A DNA stretch of 30,093 nt from a virus (IMGVR_UViG_2802429218_000005:1-30093); one strand, 5' to 3'. Shown: positions 17,766 through 28,266, counted from the first letter of the stretch. Numbers and translations are program-made. Notes: a model not told the origin generated them from the sequence alone.

Positions 17766-18350
17766 TTACTCCGGATATTTAAAAATTACGTAGGTATGCG
17801 AAGGGGAGAGTTTGTTAAGCACACATTCGACGACGGTGTCGCCCCAGATACGCAGCGCGGTATCACAGGGATCGCCACATGTCATCCAGGTGGTGTTGGT
17901 GGCGGCTGGCATGTTGACCTGCCAGTAATACCGCCATTCCGGCGCATTCACCGCGTCAGTACAGGCAGATGAGCAGGTGAACGTGCTTTTGTCGTATCGC
18001 GTGATGGTAGCGTCTGGTCTGCCCAGGGCAGCAAGCTGTGCAAGGTAAAAATCCTCATTGATGCCGCCCGCCAGGTTAACCTTCGCATCCAGTCGTTGCT
18101 GACGCTGGCGAAGGGTCTGTGTCCCTGCGGGAATACATTCATCCGGCAGACCGCACAGACGCTCCCAGCGGTTTATCAGTTCAGTGGTGGTGCGCGGATC
18201 CAGCTCCCGCATCAGGGCATCCGCACGCTGATGAACGCGGGTTAATGACGGTGCCGCACCGGCAATCGCCGGATCTCTGGCTGACCACGCCGGACCGGGT
18301 GGCAACAGTGCCGACAACAGACGGATGTAATCATCGTTTGTCACGTCCAT
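17766..18350 (-). CDS. Baseplate/tail protein, Mu gp48-like (YmfQ/DUF2313-like)
   Basis: Position between baseplate J-like and tail fibre; N-terminus [22 protein letters not shown] as in e14 YmfQ-type proteins as recalled. Confidence 0.75.
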   Translation of the reverse strand: MDVTNDDYIRLLSALLPPGPAWSARDPAIAGAAPSLTRVHQRADALMRELDPRTTTELINRWERLCGLPDECIPAGTQTLRQRQQRLDAKVNLAGGINEDFYLAQLAALGRPDATITRYDKSTFTCSSACTDAVNAPEWRYYWQVNMPAATNTTWMTCGDPCDTALRIWGDTVVECVLNKLSPSHTYVIFKYPE

Positions 18351-19399
18351 GAAATCGTCCCCAGTACCGCCAGTTCATTTTTTGCAATGGAGATATTGTC
18401 CGCCGGTGCAAGCAACTGATGGCTGTATTCCCCGTTCGCACCGGAAATCGCTTCACTGATACGTGACACCTTCAGTTCTCCCTGCGGATAACCATCACGC
18501 AGCAGGAACGAACGCAACTCCGCGGTAATGGCAGCCCGTATTTCTGGTGTGTCCGGCGTCACGCGGATATGAAAATCCACCGTATGTGCCACCGGCCTGA
18601 ATACATACAAATCAGAGCCTGCCACCGGGGCCAGTGGCCCGATATGTTGTCTTGCTGCCGTTTCCGTTGATTCTTCCGGAATGGGATTAATCAGGTCACT
18701 GCTGGCAATCATCACACCGACAGTTCCCGTTCCCATCCAGTGGCGGTATGTCCATGCACGGGTAATGCCTGGCACTTCTTTAGCCCAGACGACATAGTCC
18801 CCGTCAGCCCCGCCCTGAGGCGTCCAGTAATACCGCTCAATGACGCGGGCGCGCCACGTTTCCAGCTCTTCAGTATCAAATCCGCCTGTCAGGGTGTCAG
18901 CCACACCGGAAGACGGCAGACCATTCACCGGCGTGACCAGGATTAATGCCGTACCGTCGTCAGCGTTACCGACCGCGCCTGTAGTTGAGCAAGTGATCGG
19001 CACACGCAGGACACCACCGGAGCTGGTTGCATCGGCAGTTGCCGTGTACTGAACCAGGTCATCGCGCTGAATCACGCTCCCGGCAGTCACCTTCAGGCCA
19101 TCGCTGACACCTTCCCAGCGCATATACCCGCTGGCAGCCGTGGCCCCCTTGCGCGGACACCGTTTCATCGCAGCATGTCGCGCCAGCCAGGACTCATCGC
19201 ACAGGTCAGGCAGCATATTCATTGCCAGATAATCGATGTACCCGTAAACCGTATGCAGCGCCGCCGCATACACCTTTGCCCGCACGTCTTCATCCATGCG
19301 CCGGAGCGTGTCGCTGACGTCCAGCCTGGCGAATAAATCGTTACGGAGCATACTGATATTTTCTGCCAGCGTCGGGCGCTGAAATTCACTGTCCGCCAT
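18341..19399 (-). CDS. Baseplate J-like protein (Mu gp47-like)
   Basis: Size and position in conserved Mu-like baseplate gene order; overlapping start/stop with neighbours. Confidence 0.8.
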   Translation of the reverse strand: MADSEFQRPTLAENISMLRNDLFARLDVSDTLRRMDEDVRAKVYAAALHTVYGYIDYLAMNMLPDLCDESWLARHAAMKRCPRKGATAASGYMRWEGVSDGLKVTAGSVIQRDDLVQYTATADATSSGGVLRVPITCSTTGAVGNADDGTALILVTPVNGLPSSGVADTLTGGFDTEELETWRARVIERYYWTPQGGADGDYVVWAKEVPGITRAWTYRHWMGTGTVGVMIASSDLINPIPEESTETAARQHIGPLAPVAGSDLYVFRPVAHTVDFHIRVTPDTPEIRAAITAELRSFLLRDGYPQGELKVSRISEAISGANGEYSHQLLAPADNISIAKNELAVLGTISWT

Positions 19400-19814
19400 G
19401 CGTTATCGCACTCCACAGATCATCAAAAGAAATCATTACCGGTCCGTCACGACGCCAGAGAGTGATACTGTTACCCAGTTCATTAATCCCGGTGCGGCGG
19501 ATATCCAGATCAATACGGGACACCACGCCGTCATCAATCATCCATTGCAGGCATTCGCGGATATATCCCCTTACCGTCTGCACCAGTTGATTGGTCAGTT
19601 TGCTGCGCTGAAGCAGCCACAGTCGGGAGCCGTAACGGTCATTCTGTACCGCAGGCCAGGTATCCCCCCACCATCCCATCGGGACGTCGGCGTTGTCATC
19701 AGGCTCCGCCCGCCGCCAGGTAAACAGGGAAATCACCACGGCGCGGGTCAGCGGATCCAGCGGTGCGCTGGCGCAGGTGCGTTTACCGTTCACCGTCAGC
19801 CACAGTTCCATCAT
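19386..19814 (-). CDS. Baseplate protein, Mu gp46-like
   Basis: Size and position between gp45-like and J-like genes; overlapping coupling. Confidence 0.75.
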   Translation of the reverse strand: MMELWLTVNGKRTCASAPLDPLTRAVVISLFTWRRAEPDDNADVPMGWWGDTWPAVQNDRYGSRLWLLQRSKLTNQLVQTVRGYIRECLQWMIDDGVVSRIDLDIRRTGINELGNSITLWRRDGPVMISFDDLWSAITHGGQ

Positions 19815-20359
19815 GCCTCCATCGCTTTATCCGGTTTGTCGGTGTTACTGCCCTGACCGTTCTCTCTGTGACGATGCCCGTTATAGGCAAGCCGCATCGC
19901 TGACATGGTGGTACCGCCGGAGTCGCACAGGTCTTTCACCTGTCCGGTCACTTCCAGGTCCATTTCAAAACGTGCTCTGGGCGCATTGCGAAACGTGATC
20001 GTTTTACCTGCACCGTCCACCACGATCCCCTCCCGGGTCAGCGTCACGGACTGCCCCTGATCGTCATAGACAGCCACCTCACCCGTCTGCAGCCCTTTCA
20101 GGCGGTAGCGCCGGTCCGACACCGTAACAACCACCGCATGAGAACGGTCACCATCCGGAAACAACACCACCGCTTCCGCACCGCTGTTTGCCCTTGCGGT
20201 AAAACCGTAGGGTTCAAGATGTTCAACCCCGGCTTTGGGTTCACCGGCAATCAGGGACACATCCACGGTCTGACATTTCGTGGCGGCACTGATGCTTTTC
20301 ACCACCGCCCGCCCAATCAGGCCGAGGAGTTGTCGCTGTATGGTTTCAATCGCCTTCAT
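19811..20359 (-). CDS. Baseplate assembly/spike protein, Mu gp45 (gpV-like)
   Basis: Size, position and overall pattern of gpV-like proteins. Confidence 0.75.
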   Translation of the reverse strand: MKAIETIQRQLLGLIGRAVVKSISAATKCQTVDVSLIAGEPKAGVEHLEPYGFTARANSGAEAVVLFPDGDRSHAVVVTVSDRRYRLKGLQTGEVAVYDDQGQSVTLTREGIVVDGAGKTITFRNAPRARFEMDLEVTGQVKDLCDSGGTTMSAMRLAYNGHRHRENGQGSNTDKPDKAMEA

Positions 20360-21438
20360 CAGAACGGGTCCTCCTGTACTCTGGCTTTTTTCTTTTTCCG
20401 CGCGCCGGGGGCTTCGGGTTCAGGCAGATAAGCATCAGGTGGGCCGACACGGATTTCCGTCAGGGTGCCATTCTGGTCCTGAGTAAACGTGACTTCCGAG
20501 ACAAGCAGTTCGGTATTGTCGAAACCACAGACCGGATCGAAGACAATCACCCGCTGGTTGGGCTGCCACAGCGTACCGTTACCCTGTCGCCAGCCCTGCA
20601 CCACATAGGTGGTTTCATCCGTCCGCGCCGCCCGTTGTCGGGCTTCAAAGTCAGCACGCGCAATACAGCCTGCCCCCGTAGCCTGCCCTGTCTGCCTGAT
20701 ATACATCGGACGGTAACGGGCAATAAATGCATCCTCTGTGCGGGCCCGCAGCGCGGTGGTGGTGGCCTCACCGAAATCATCGTCGTTTCCGGCACGCTGC
20801 CCCGCCACCTGGTAAACTGAAAACCGCTCCCGGATACTCTTCTCCGTATCACAGGAAAGGATGTTTTCCCCAAGTACCAGCGCGGTATGTGCCCGCGTTG
20901 AGCCAATACCACCAATCACCAGCCTGCCGTGCGGGTCGTCATAAGCCAGCGCCTGCTGCTGACCGAGTATTTTGTTGATCACCTCGATCACCGTTTCACC
21001 GTGATCAGGCTGGACATCCGGAATAACACCCGACGGCGCACCGTTGTTCACCACCTCAATGCCGAAGGGCGCAGCAAGCGCCTGCGCAATCTGTACCAGC
21101 GATCGTCCGTTAAACTGTGTCGGTTCGGCTGCACAGTCAATCAGATCAGCGGTTAGACTGCGTCCGGCAATACCGGTGCTGACCGAACGGGCATCGTAAC
21201 GAACGGGCGTCGCCTCCACCCAGCCGGTGATCACCAGCTCATCACCAATCAGCACTTCCACTTTTGAACCGTTTTTAATGCGCGGCTGAAGCGTGGTGAT
21301 ACCCTCATCTCCCGGCCACTGGCGGGTGATCTCCACACTGAAATCCCGCGCCAGTCGTTCAACACCGGCACCGATGCGCACCGATGTCCAGCCATTCCAC
21401 TCCCGGCCATTTACCCGTAGCGTGACGTTATCGTTCAT
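20359..21438 (-). CDS. Tail/baseplate hub protein, Mu gpP / late control D-like
   Basis: Size and position downstream of DNA-circulation gene in Mu-like order. Confidence 0.75.
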   Translation of the reverse strand: MNDNVTLRVNGREWNGWTSVRIGAGVERLARDFSVEITRQWPGDEGITTLQPRIKNGSKVEVLIGDELVITGWVEATPVRYDARSVSTGIAGRSLTADLIDCAAEPTQFNGRSLVQIAQALAAPFGIEVVNNGAPSGVIPDVQPDHGETVIEVINKILGQQQALAYDDPHGRLVIGGIGSTRAHTALVLGENILSCDTEKSIRERFSVYQVAGQRAGNDDDFGEATTTALRARTEDAFIARYRPMYIRQTGQATGAGCIARADFEARQRAARTDETTYVVQGWRQGNGTLWQPNQRVIVFDPVCGFDNTELLVSEVTFTQDQNGTLTEIRVGPPDAYLPEPEAPGARKKKKARVQEDPF

Positions 21439-22763
21439 TGCACTGGCACCTTCAGAGGGATCACCGGCACAAAGCCGGGATGCGTAATGGCATTACGCCG
21501 GATAATGTCCGCGTCACGCGCCGCGTTATCAAACCAGGTCGCCGCCAGCACCAGCGCGGGTAAAACCTCATCCGGCGTGCGCTGAATGATCCGTGCAGAC
21601 TGTTCAAGGCGCGTGTTGATATCCGCATTCAGATCTGCTTTCACCCGGCGCAGCGCCAGAAACAGCGCATCACTGGTTGTACGGGACAACTCCTTATCAA
21701 TTGCCGTATTCAGTGTGTCGCGAATGTCAGTCAGTTCTTCCCACGTCGGCAGGTCAACTGTGTTTTTCACCGCCGGTGCATTGTTCAGTGCCGGATGCGT
21801 GACGGAAGGCCAGCCAGTGCTCTGCGCGGGTGTTGTTGCCTGCCCCACTGCGGAATTCTGCATCACCGCGGAAGTTGTTGGCGCAGGCAATCGGGTGACG
21901 GCATACGCCGCTTCGCTGATTGCGGTCGTACGAAGGGTGCTGGCAACCACGTTACGCTGCTGCGTCGCCGTGGCGGTGGTTTTACTGTCCGTTTTCCAGA
22001 CGCCGCGCGGTTGCAGATCGCTGCCGAGGCTGACACCGGAAAGCCTTTTGATCATGGTGACCAGGTCGCTGGCGTTACCATAAAGGCGTTTCCCGGTACG
22101 CCACATTTTCTGCACCTGCTCAACGAAATTTTTGCCTGACGATGGCGGCGGCAGAAGTACCGAGATATCCCCCTGCAACAGCCTGGCGGCATCCGATACG
22201 GCAGAATCCACCACTTTCATCGCATCAGAAACATACCCCAGCATTATGCTGGCATTACCGATAACGTCGTTCTGCACGAAATCCGCCACACCATCGATAC
22301 TGAAACCGCTGAAGCTGTCACTGATGCAGTCATCCAGTGCAGAACAGGATGACATCAGCGTCTGCGCCGTCGCCGCACCTGATGTGGGGTAAGAGAGTTC
22401 TCCTGCTTCGACAAACTTCAGGTCAAAGCGGACAATACGCCCTTCACTTTTCGATGTGCTGACCCGAACTTCCCCGTCAACACAGACTTTCAGCTCACCA
22501 TATGTCGGGTGGACAAGCGTGCCGGGACCGGGTTTATTCAGCGCGTCAATCAGGCGATCGCGCTGGTCAAAGCAGTCATCTCCCACCACATAAGCTGTGA
22601 TGGACGGGCGGAAAGTGACTTTTCCCAGATCTTCGGTATAGGGCTTGTCGCGGTTCGGATATTCGTGTGTTTCCACACGGCGACCGGTTCCCGCACTTTC
22701 TTCTTCAACCTTAAACGGTACGCCGCGAAATGACGCATCCTGAAGCCTGTCTTTCCACGTCAT
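21435..22763 (-). CDS. DNA circulation protein (Mu gpN-like)
   Basis: N-terminus MTWKDRLQDASFRGVPFKVEEES...HEYPNRDKPYTEDLG typical of Mu N family; SD GGAG upstream. Confidence 0.8.
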   Translation of the reverse strand: MTWKDRLQDASFRGVPFKVEEESAGTGRRVETHEYPNRDKPYTEDLGKVTFRPSITAYVVGDDCFDQRDRLIDALNKPGPGTLVHPTYGELKVCVDGEVRVSTSKSEGRIVRFDLKFVEAGELSYPTSGAATAQTLMSSCSALDDCISDSFSGFSIDGVADFVQNDVIGNASIMLGYVSDAMKVVDSAVSDAARLLQGDISVLLPPPSSGKNFVEQVQKMWRTGKRLYGNASDLVTMIKRLSGVSLGSDLQPRGVWKTDSKTTATATQQRNVVASTLRTTAISEAAYAVTRLPAPTTSAVMQNSAVGQATTPAQSTGWPSVTHPALNNAPAVKNTVDLPTWEELTDIRDTLNTAIDKELSRTTSDALFLALRRVKADLNADINTRLEQSARIIQRTPDEVLPALVLAATWFDNAARDADIIRRNAITHPGFVPVIPLKVPVQ

Positions 22764-22777
22764 ATAAACTCCGGATA

Positions 22778-22834
22778 CAAAAAACCCGCCAAATCTGCTT
22801 TGTCAGTTATTTACATCGCAGAAGATGTGGCGGG
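22778..22834 (-). terminator. Imperfect hairpin followed by T6 on minus strand downstream of moron ORF (possible leaky terminator)
   Basis: Minus-strand cccgcca ... tggcggg stem followed by tttttt; loop is long, so weak. Confidence 0.3.
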
Positions 22835-22853
22835 AACCTAATATTTTTAATTA

Positions 22854-23366
22854 CTATCTGAGTTGAACATCAATGGAATAAATATCACCACTCTTTATAA
22901 ATTTAGAATCTGTCCTTTCATCAAAAGATTCAAATGACTGTACCTTTAAAAACTTTTTCATTTTATTTTCAAAAATACTTTCATTAACACCAGTTAAATA
23001 CTTGAACGCTCTACCAGCAAGGACCTCATTACTTAAATCCATTGTGTTTTTATTGTCTTTGAAAAACCAAACAATAACCTTTTGTGGGCATGATGGATTA
23101 TAAACAGATATATAAAACTGCGGCTCATATTTTTCATCAGCGTCATCACTAAGCATTTCTTCAGAAGATAATTCTCTTCTGAATTCATATTGCCGCTTAG
23201 TTATTCCTTCATCCTTTATTATCTCTTGCTTAACTGGTGCAATACCTATAGAAGAGATTAATTCTGACTCATTAAAGCTGAACTTACACTCTTCCGCAGC
23301 CAAGTTAAAAGATAAAAGTGCAGATATAAAAAAAACAAAGATACGCATAATCATCCCTTCAATCAT
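22854..23366 (-). CDS. Low-GC secreted protein of unknown function (moron inserted in tail operon)
   Basis: N-terminal signal-peptide-like MRIFVFFISALLSFNLAAEE; markedly AT-rich versus flanking tail genes; flanked by non-coding gaps. Confidence 0.6.
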   Translation of the reverse strand: MIEGMIMRIFVFFISALLSFNLAAEECKFSFNESELISSIGIAPVKQEIIKDEGITKRQYEFRRELSSEEMLSDDADEKYEPQFYISVYNPSCPQKVIVWFFKDNKNTMDLSNEVLAGRAFKYLTGVNESIFENKMKKFLKVQSFESFDERTDSKFIKSGDIYSIDVQLR

Positions 23367-23447
23367 TTGTAAGGAATGATTATATTAACTACTTAAAGCT
23401 GAAAACCCAAATTATGCCAGACAAAAACACATTAATCATTTTGTACA

Positions 23448-25280
23448 CTACCTGAACCGCGTATAGCCAACATCATGGCTGACATCAAAACCGCTGGATC
23501 GCGTTTCCATAACCCGCATACCCGGAGGCGAATTCACAAAAGATACCTTGATCTCACCATCAACTTTTGGCACAGAAGCTTTGTTAATCATGAAGGGATT
23601 CGAGCCTGTGGCATCGGAGGCGTTGTTTGACTGAGCCGGATCCACCGCCGGATAAGGTGTGTATCCCCGCGCCGGTATTCCCGTCCCATAAGCATCATAA
23701 GCACCCGCGCCCCACTGCGCAGAGTTAATGGCATCGACCGTGTCACCGGAACTGTCGGTAAACCACTCAATAATTGGCTTCAGCTTGTCCCACATATCCT
23801 GAAACCACTTAACAACCGGTCCCCAGTTATTGATCACCATCCCCAGCGGCGACCAGGCAAAAACCTTCTTCAGAAGTTCCCAACCTGCCTCAAAATAAGG
23901 ACCAATGGTTTCCCAGAGCTTCTTGAAATAAGGTCCGACAACATCCCAGTTAGTGATAATTAATCCCGCAGCCAGAGCAATCGCCGTCGCAATCATGCCA
24001 ATCGGCGTCATCGACATAATCCTGCTGACAATACTGATGGCACTGCCCACGCCCATCAATCCCAGTTTCAGAATCGCAAGACCGGCAGCAAGCCCGACGA
24101 CGCCGCGAATAACCCGGGGATTTTCATCCGCAAACTTCGTGAATTTCTCCCCCAACTCCCCCAGCCATTGTGTGATATTTTTAGCGTCACCAGAAAATGC
24201 GCCGCCAATAGCCGCAAGGCCGTTAGTTGCGGTCCCTGTCATTGCCTCCCACAGGTTGGACAGCGTACCAAGCTGTGCCTGAACACGTTTATTCAGGCTG
24301 GCCTGTTTATTCATCTTCTGCTGGATCTGATCGTAGCCATCCTTTCCTTTATCGATCAGAGCATTGACCACCTGAAGGGTTTCAGCATCATCACCAAATA
24401 TTGCCTTAAGTACACCTGTTCGCTTAACGTCGGTCAGTTTTCGCAGCTTTGCCAGTTGCCTGAACATGTTATCAAGACCGCCAAAACTTCCTTTGCCGTC
24501 AGTAAAATCGAGCTGTACCCCGAGTTTCTGGCGGGCCATAACTTTATTAACGTCCCTGATTTTCTTAACGCTTAATCCGGACTGGATAACTTTTCGCAGG
24601 GCATTACCTGCCGACTCCCCGTTCATCCCCATCTGATCCATCATGACGCTGATGGGGGCAAGGCTCTGTGCAGCCTGAAGACCGTCCTTGTTCACCATCT
24701 TCAGAACAGAACTGGTTTTAGTGAAGAAGGACAACATGTTGGTATCGTCAACGCCCAGATAAAACGCCTTCTGGATAGTGTCGAACAGCCCCATCATGTC
24801 TTCTGACGTCGTTCCGGTAGCATCCTGCATCTTTGCAGCAAACTCAGCAGCCGCTTCCGGTGTTTTTTTCAGTTGTACCGCAAGATAAGCTGTCGCTTTA
24901 CCCACACCACCCAGAATGTTTTCTGCCGGGATCCCCTGACGCACCAGCATCTGCATCATGTTCTGGAAATCAGCCGTTGTACCGGGTAGCTGGTTACCCA
25001 GGCCAATAGCCAGTTTATTGATGTCCTGAAAGCTCTTTCCAACCTCGCCGTTCGCATCCATCATGGCGACTTTCAGCCCGGTGGCGGCGTTTTCCTGATC
25101 GGCATAAGATTTCAGGGAAAGCGTCAGACCCGCTGCCAGTCCGCCACCAAGCGCCAGCCCACCCTGTGACGCTTCTTCCGCCTGGCGTTTAAATCCCCGG
25201 ATTTTCTTTTGCATTTTCGACAGCGCGGGAGAAAGCCTGTCGACACCGGTGATCAACGCCTTAAGCTCAAATTCAGCCAT
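23448..25280 (-). CDS. Tail tape measure protein
   Basis: 610 aa, Ala/Gly-rich helical and hydrophobic segments, located after chaperone pair. Confidence 0.85.
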   Translation of the reverse strand: MAEFELKALITGVDRLSPALSKMQKKIRGFKRQAEEASQGGLALGGGLAAGLTLSLKSYADQENAATGLKVAMMDANGEVGKSFQDINKLAIGLGNQLPGTTADFQNMMQMLVRQGIPAENILGGVGKATAYLAVQLKKTPEAAAEFAAKMQDATGTTSEDMMGLFDTIQKAFYLGVDDTNMLSFFTKTSSVLKMVNKDGLQAAQSLAPISVMMDQMGMNGESAGNALRKVIQSGLSVKKIRDVNKVMARQKLGVQLDFTDGKGSFGGLDNMFRQLAKLRKLTDVKRTGVLKAIFGDDAETLQVVNALIDKGKDGYDQIQQKMNKQASLNKRVQAQLGTLSNLWEAMTGTATNGLAAIGGAFSGDAKNITQWLGELGEKFTKFADENPRVIRGVVGLAAGLAILKLGLMGVGSAISIVSRIMSMTPIGMIATAIALAAGLIITNWDVVGPYFKKLWETIGPYFEAGWELLKKVFAWSPLGMVINNWGPVVKWFQDMWDKLKPIIEWFTDSSGDTVDAINSAQWGAGAYDAYGTGIPARGYTPYPAVDPAQSNNASDATGSNPFMINKASVPKVDGEIKVSFVNSPPGMRVMETRSSGFDVSHDVGYTRFR

Positions 25281-25455
25281 GTGTGCGTTTCTCCTGCTCT
25301 ATCCTGTTTGCCTGACTGACCAGTAAGGGAATTTCACTGATCGGCATATTCAGCAATTCGAAAGGATTAATGCGCCAGTAGCTGGCGCAGTCAAAGAAGC
25401 GATCAGTGAGGTATTCAGCCGTCAGGCCTGGAGGAAAAAACCAGCCACAAGCCAC
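25273..25455 (-). CDS. Tail assembly chaperone frameshift extension (-1 frame, expressed as fusion with upstream ORF)
   Basis: Overlaps 3' end of chaperone ORF in -1 frame; slippery heptamer T TTT TTC in overlap; stop overlaps tape-measure ATG. Confidence 0.5.
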   Translation of the reverse strand: MACGWFFPPGLTAEYLTDRFFDCASYWRINPFELLNMPISEIPLLVSQANRIEQEKRTHG

Positions 25456-25691
25456 GCCGCTGCATTCAGGTCTGCCGGAGACATCTGGTCGACAGAGCTT
25501 TGCGGCACTTTCGCCAGCCGCACAATGTATTTCGACACCACATGCGCCAGAAGTCTGACTGACTCATCCTGATTCATCTGGTAGGGATACCCCAGCTCGC
25601 GGACATCCTTCCCGGTGGGCTCATCAAACTCCAGTACGGAGAGTGTCTCGCCATGAGCAGTAATCGGTTTCTTTAACTCAAGCTCTTTCAT
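25422..25691 (-). CDS. Tail assembly chaperone (gpG/gpE-like)
   Basis: Small ORF between tube and tape measure with downstream overlapping -1 ORF. Confidence 0.6.
   Translation of the reverse strand: MKELELKKPITAHGETLSVLEFDEPTGKDVRELGYPYQMNQDESVRLLAHVVSKYIVRLAKVPQSSVDQMSPADLNAAAWLVAGFFLQA
25423..25429 (-). promoter_or_regulatory. Programmed -1 ribosomal frameshift slippery heptamer (minus-strand T TTT TTC)
   Basis: Heptamer in 0-frame X XXY YYZ configuration within the overlap of the two chaperone ORFs (plus-strand gaaaaaa). Confidence 0.55.
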
Positions 25692-26047
25692 TACTGGTAA
25701 TCCCCTTCTTCACCGTGGAACTCAAGATCAACCGTGCCTTCTTCGGCATTATGGTTCGCTTCGCCGTGCAGCCATGCAGACGACAGTACATAGACCTGAC
25801 CGTTCGCCAGCTCGGCAGTGATTGTCATCTCATCAGACGAGGTGATTTTGCTCACCGGAAAATTCTTCGGCACCTTGAAGGTCCCTTTGACATAAGGCGC
25901 ACGGTGAGTTTCCTTGCGGTCCACTGAACCGTCCAGGCCGATGATGTCATCATTGACCGTCCTGTTCATGGGCACCTCAATGCCGCCGGTCAGCGATAGC
26001 TGCTGACCGTCAATTTTGAAATAACAGGTTCCCCCGATACGGGCCAT
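25691..26047 (-). CDS. Tail tube protein (Mu gpM-like)
   Basis: Size and position immediately after sheath gene. Confidence 0.75.
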   Translation of the reverse strand: MARIGGTCYFKIDGQQLSLTGGIEVPMNRTVNDDIIGLDGSVDRKETHRAPYVKGTFKVPKNFPVSKITSSDEMTITAELANGQVYVLSSAWLHGEANHNAEEGTVDLEFHGEEGDYQ

Positions 26048-27543
26048 TATGCAGACTCCTCTGAATACTGAAGACGGAACTGGTTAACCACGGCAAAGAC
26101 ACGCAACTGGTTAACATAGTCAGGCGGGAACAGCGTGTTCAGGCGGTTCGGATCGCTGGCATCACGCTCCACAACCAGGTACTGCTTGAACAGTTCGTAG
26201 TTTTCCACGATCCCCGCACGCTCGAGCTGACGGTAGGTTGCCAGCAGTTCCCCTTTGATCACTGCCGGGGTGACAATCGCCTGACCGGGACCAAAGCGGG
26301 TACCGTCACTGGCAAGCTTGTGACGCCCGTACTTACTGGTAATGACGGATTTCAGTTTGCGCAGCACATACGCGCTGGTATGCAGCGTCTCGCTGTCGAG
26401 GTAGCTGTTATCCGCAACACCGTAAGCGTTTTTCCTGTACGTGGTGACATCACGCTGAATGCGCAGCACCCCGCTTTCGACATACGCCGTTGCCACGCCA
26501 TGAGACAGCAGGGTCTGTTGTTCGGTCATCGTGAACCGTTTCCCCTTCGGCGCAGGCAGCATACCCACCAGCTCACCGGTCTGCGTGGGACGTGCCGGAT
26601 CGTTGCGAATAAACACCGCTGCGCGGGCGGTACGGCTTGCCGCCAGCTCGTCGGCAGGCGTCTGGGTCTCTTTTTCGTATCCCGCCAGGGTAATGTGCTG
26701 CTGGTTAAACTGGTCACCTGCGGTCACCAGTTCTGACAGCGTGCCGATCTTTGCCGTATACACATGACCATACAGCTGACGCGCATAGCTCCAGCGACCG
26801 CTGGTATCGTTCATCTCGGTCACCAGCGTGTTAACGGAGGCTGTGTCGTTGAACGGCAGGCCGATATAATCAAACGGCTCATCCGCCATTGCAGCCACCG
26901 CGCCGGTGAGAACAGGAGCGCCCGTTCCGGCGGTACCCGTCGCCACGGCAATCTGTACGCCCGCTGGCAACACTTCGCCCCCACCAAAGCCGTAGTAATT
27001 GAGGCTGACAGGAATTTCATTCCCGCAAAGCCCCTTATGACGCGCGGTCAGTGTGACCACGCCTGCCGAAGATGAGGCAGTAAACGGCAGGGTCGGAACG
27101 GCATTGATGGCATCCTGGATACTGCTGGCAATCGTCGCGACGTTATCGCCGTTGGTCACCGGTGCCTGCACGCGGGTACGTCCCACATAAACATTCACCG
27201 TGCCGGTTTCGGTTGCCGCGCCGGTCACCGTCAGCGTAACTGTTGCCGCCGCGCCCGTGGATTCAGGAACGGCAATCACATACAGTTCACCAAACGGGTC
27301 GGTCTGGCGATAAGCCTCGACCATACGCGCCAGCTGACTTCCCGCACCACAAATCTGGCGTGCATAGTCTGCCGATGGCATCAGCACCAGACTGTTGGCA
27401 ACAATCTCTGCACCGTTATTGGCATGACCAATCAGCAGCGATGCTCCGCTGTCCTGTGCAGTATTCGCAGCCTGGTTATCCATTTCCGCATAAAACAGCG
27501 GAACCAGCGTATTCGACGGAATGGTGTTAAAGCTTATCGTCAT
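26047..27543 (-). CDS. Tail sheath protein (Mu gpL-like)
   Basis: 498 aa, position before tube gene. Confidence 0.8.
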   Translation of the reverse strand: MTISFNTIPSNTLVPLFYAEMDNQAANTAQDSGASLLIGHANNGAEIVANSLVLMPSADYARQICGAGSQLARMVEAYRQTDPFGELYVIAVPESTGAAATVTLTVTGAATETGTVNVYVGRTRVQAPVTNGDNVATIASSIQDAINAVPTLPFTASSSAGVVTLTARHKGLCGNEIPVSLNYYGFGGGEVLPAGVQIAVATGTAGTGAPVLTGAVAAMADEPFDYIGLPFNDTASVNTLVTEMNDTSGRWSYARQLYGHVYTAKIGTLSELVTAGDQFNQQHITLAGYEKETQTPADELAASRTARAAVFIRNDPARPTQTGELVGMLPAPKGKRFTMTEQQTLLSHGVATAYVESGVLRIQRDVTTYRKNAYGVADNSYLDSETLHTSAYVLRKLKSVITSKYGRHKLASDGTRFGPGQAIVTPAVIKGELLATYRQLERAGIVENYELFKQYLVVERDASDPNRLNTLFPPDYVNQLRVFAVVNQFRLQYSEESA

Positions 27544-27705
27544 CGGTATTCACCTTTTTATTCACGCGCCGGATATCACCCGCTGCTTCACGGCGCAGCC
27601 AGTAGTTGTTCTCGTCAACATTTCGCCCTTCGGCGGGCAAAAGGTCGCCGCGGGCAGGGTCAGGAACTGACCGCCCTTTAACAGGTTTCACAAACATGAA
27701 GATTC

Positions 27706-28266
27706 TCAGGTAGGAAGGGTTATTTCGGTGTGATGTTCGATATCGCCGTCAGGCCCGTTACCGGGATCGAGATAATCAACATCAATCGCCAGCGTTCGCA
27801 GTTCATCCAGACTGTTCAGGTCATCCTGCTGGCGGGTATCGTCTTCGGTCAGCTCGCTGATGACCGAAAAATCGAACTGATAAATCAGCTCATGACGATT
27901 CAGATCCAGCAGCGTGCCGCCGTCATAGGTAATCGGGTTACCGCACGCCTCCGGGTTCCAGCCCAGCAGAGCCTTAAAGAGCATCTGCCGGACATCGTCC
28001 ACCACATCATACGAGGCAAACTGACCGCGCTCATCACGCCCGTTACTCAGTATGACAACCACGGAGAAACCCTCTTTCAGCTCCTGCCAGTAGTCGGTCT
28101 GGCTTTTGTTTTCTCCCGGAGAATCATCACCCGGTACCACATACGCCGCCGGGAGTCTCAGCTTTCCGACCTCCGGCAGATTTTTGAACTGTGCCGCGCC
28201 TGCCACCCGGTTTTCAAAATACGGACAGCGGGCACGCAGTGCAGCAATAACGGGCGTCAGTTTCAT
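27706..28266 (-). CDS. Virion protein, Mu gp37-like (tail terminator/completion candidate)
   Basis: Position between head-joining genes and sheath; acidic C-terminus. Confidence 0.5.
   Translation of the reverse strand: MKLTPVIAALRARCPYFENRVAGAAQFKNLPEVGKLRLPAAYVVPGDDSPGENKSQTDYWQELKEGFSVVVILSNGRDERGQFASYDVVDDVRQMLFKALLGWNPEACGNPITYDGGTLLDLNRHELIYQFDFSVISELTEDDTRQQDDLNSLDELRTLAIDVDYLDPGNGPDGDIEHHTEITLPT

Noticed and set aside
17198-22738. Numerous 60 to 165-aa ORFs overlapping or antisense to baseplate, fibre and DNA-circulation genes (e.g. 17574..17972, 19398..19856, 21586..22083)
   Set aside because: Typical spurious open frames in GC-rich coding DNA; every one is embedded in a longer, functionally coherent minus-strand phage gene.
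22778-22834. Strong intrinsic terminator downstream of the moron
   Set aside because: Not rejected outright but down-weighted: the hairpin has a long, partly structured loop and sits just before the next tail gene's RBS, so a full terminator would block essential downstream genes; more likely weak or attenuating.
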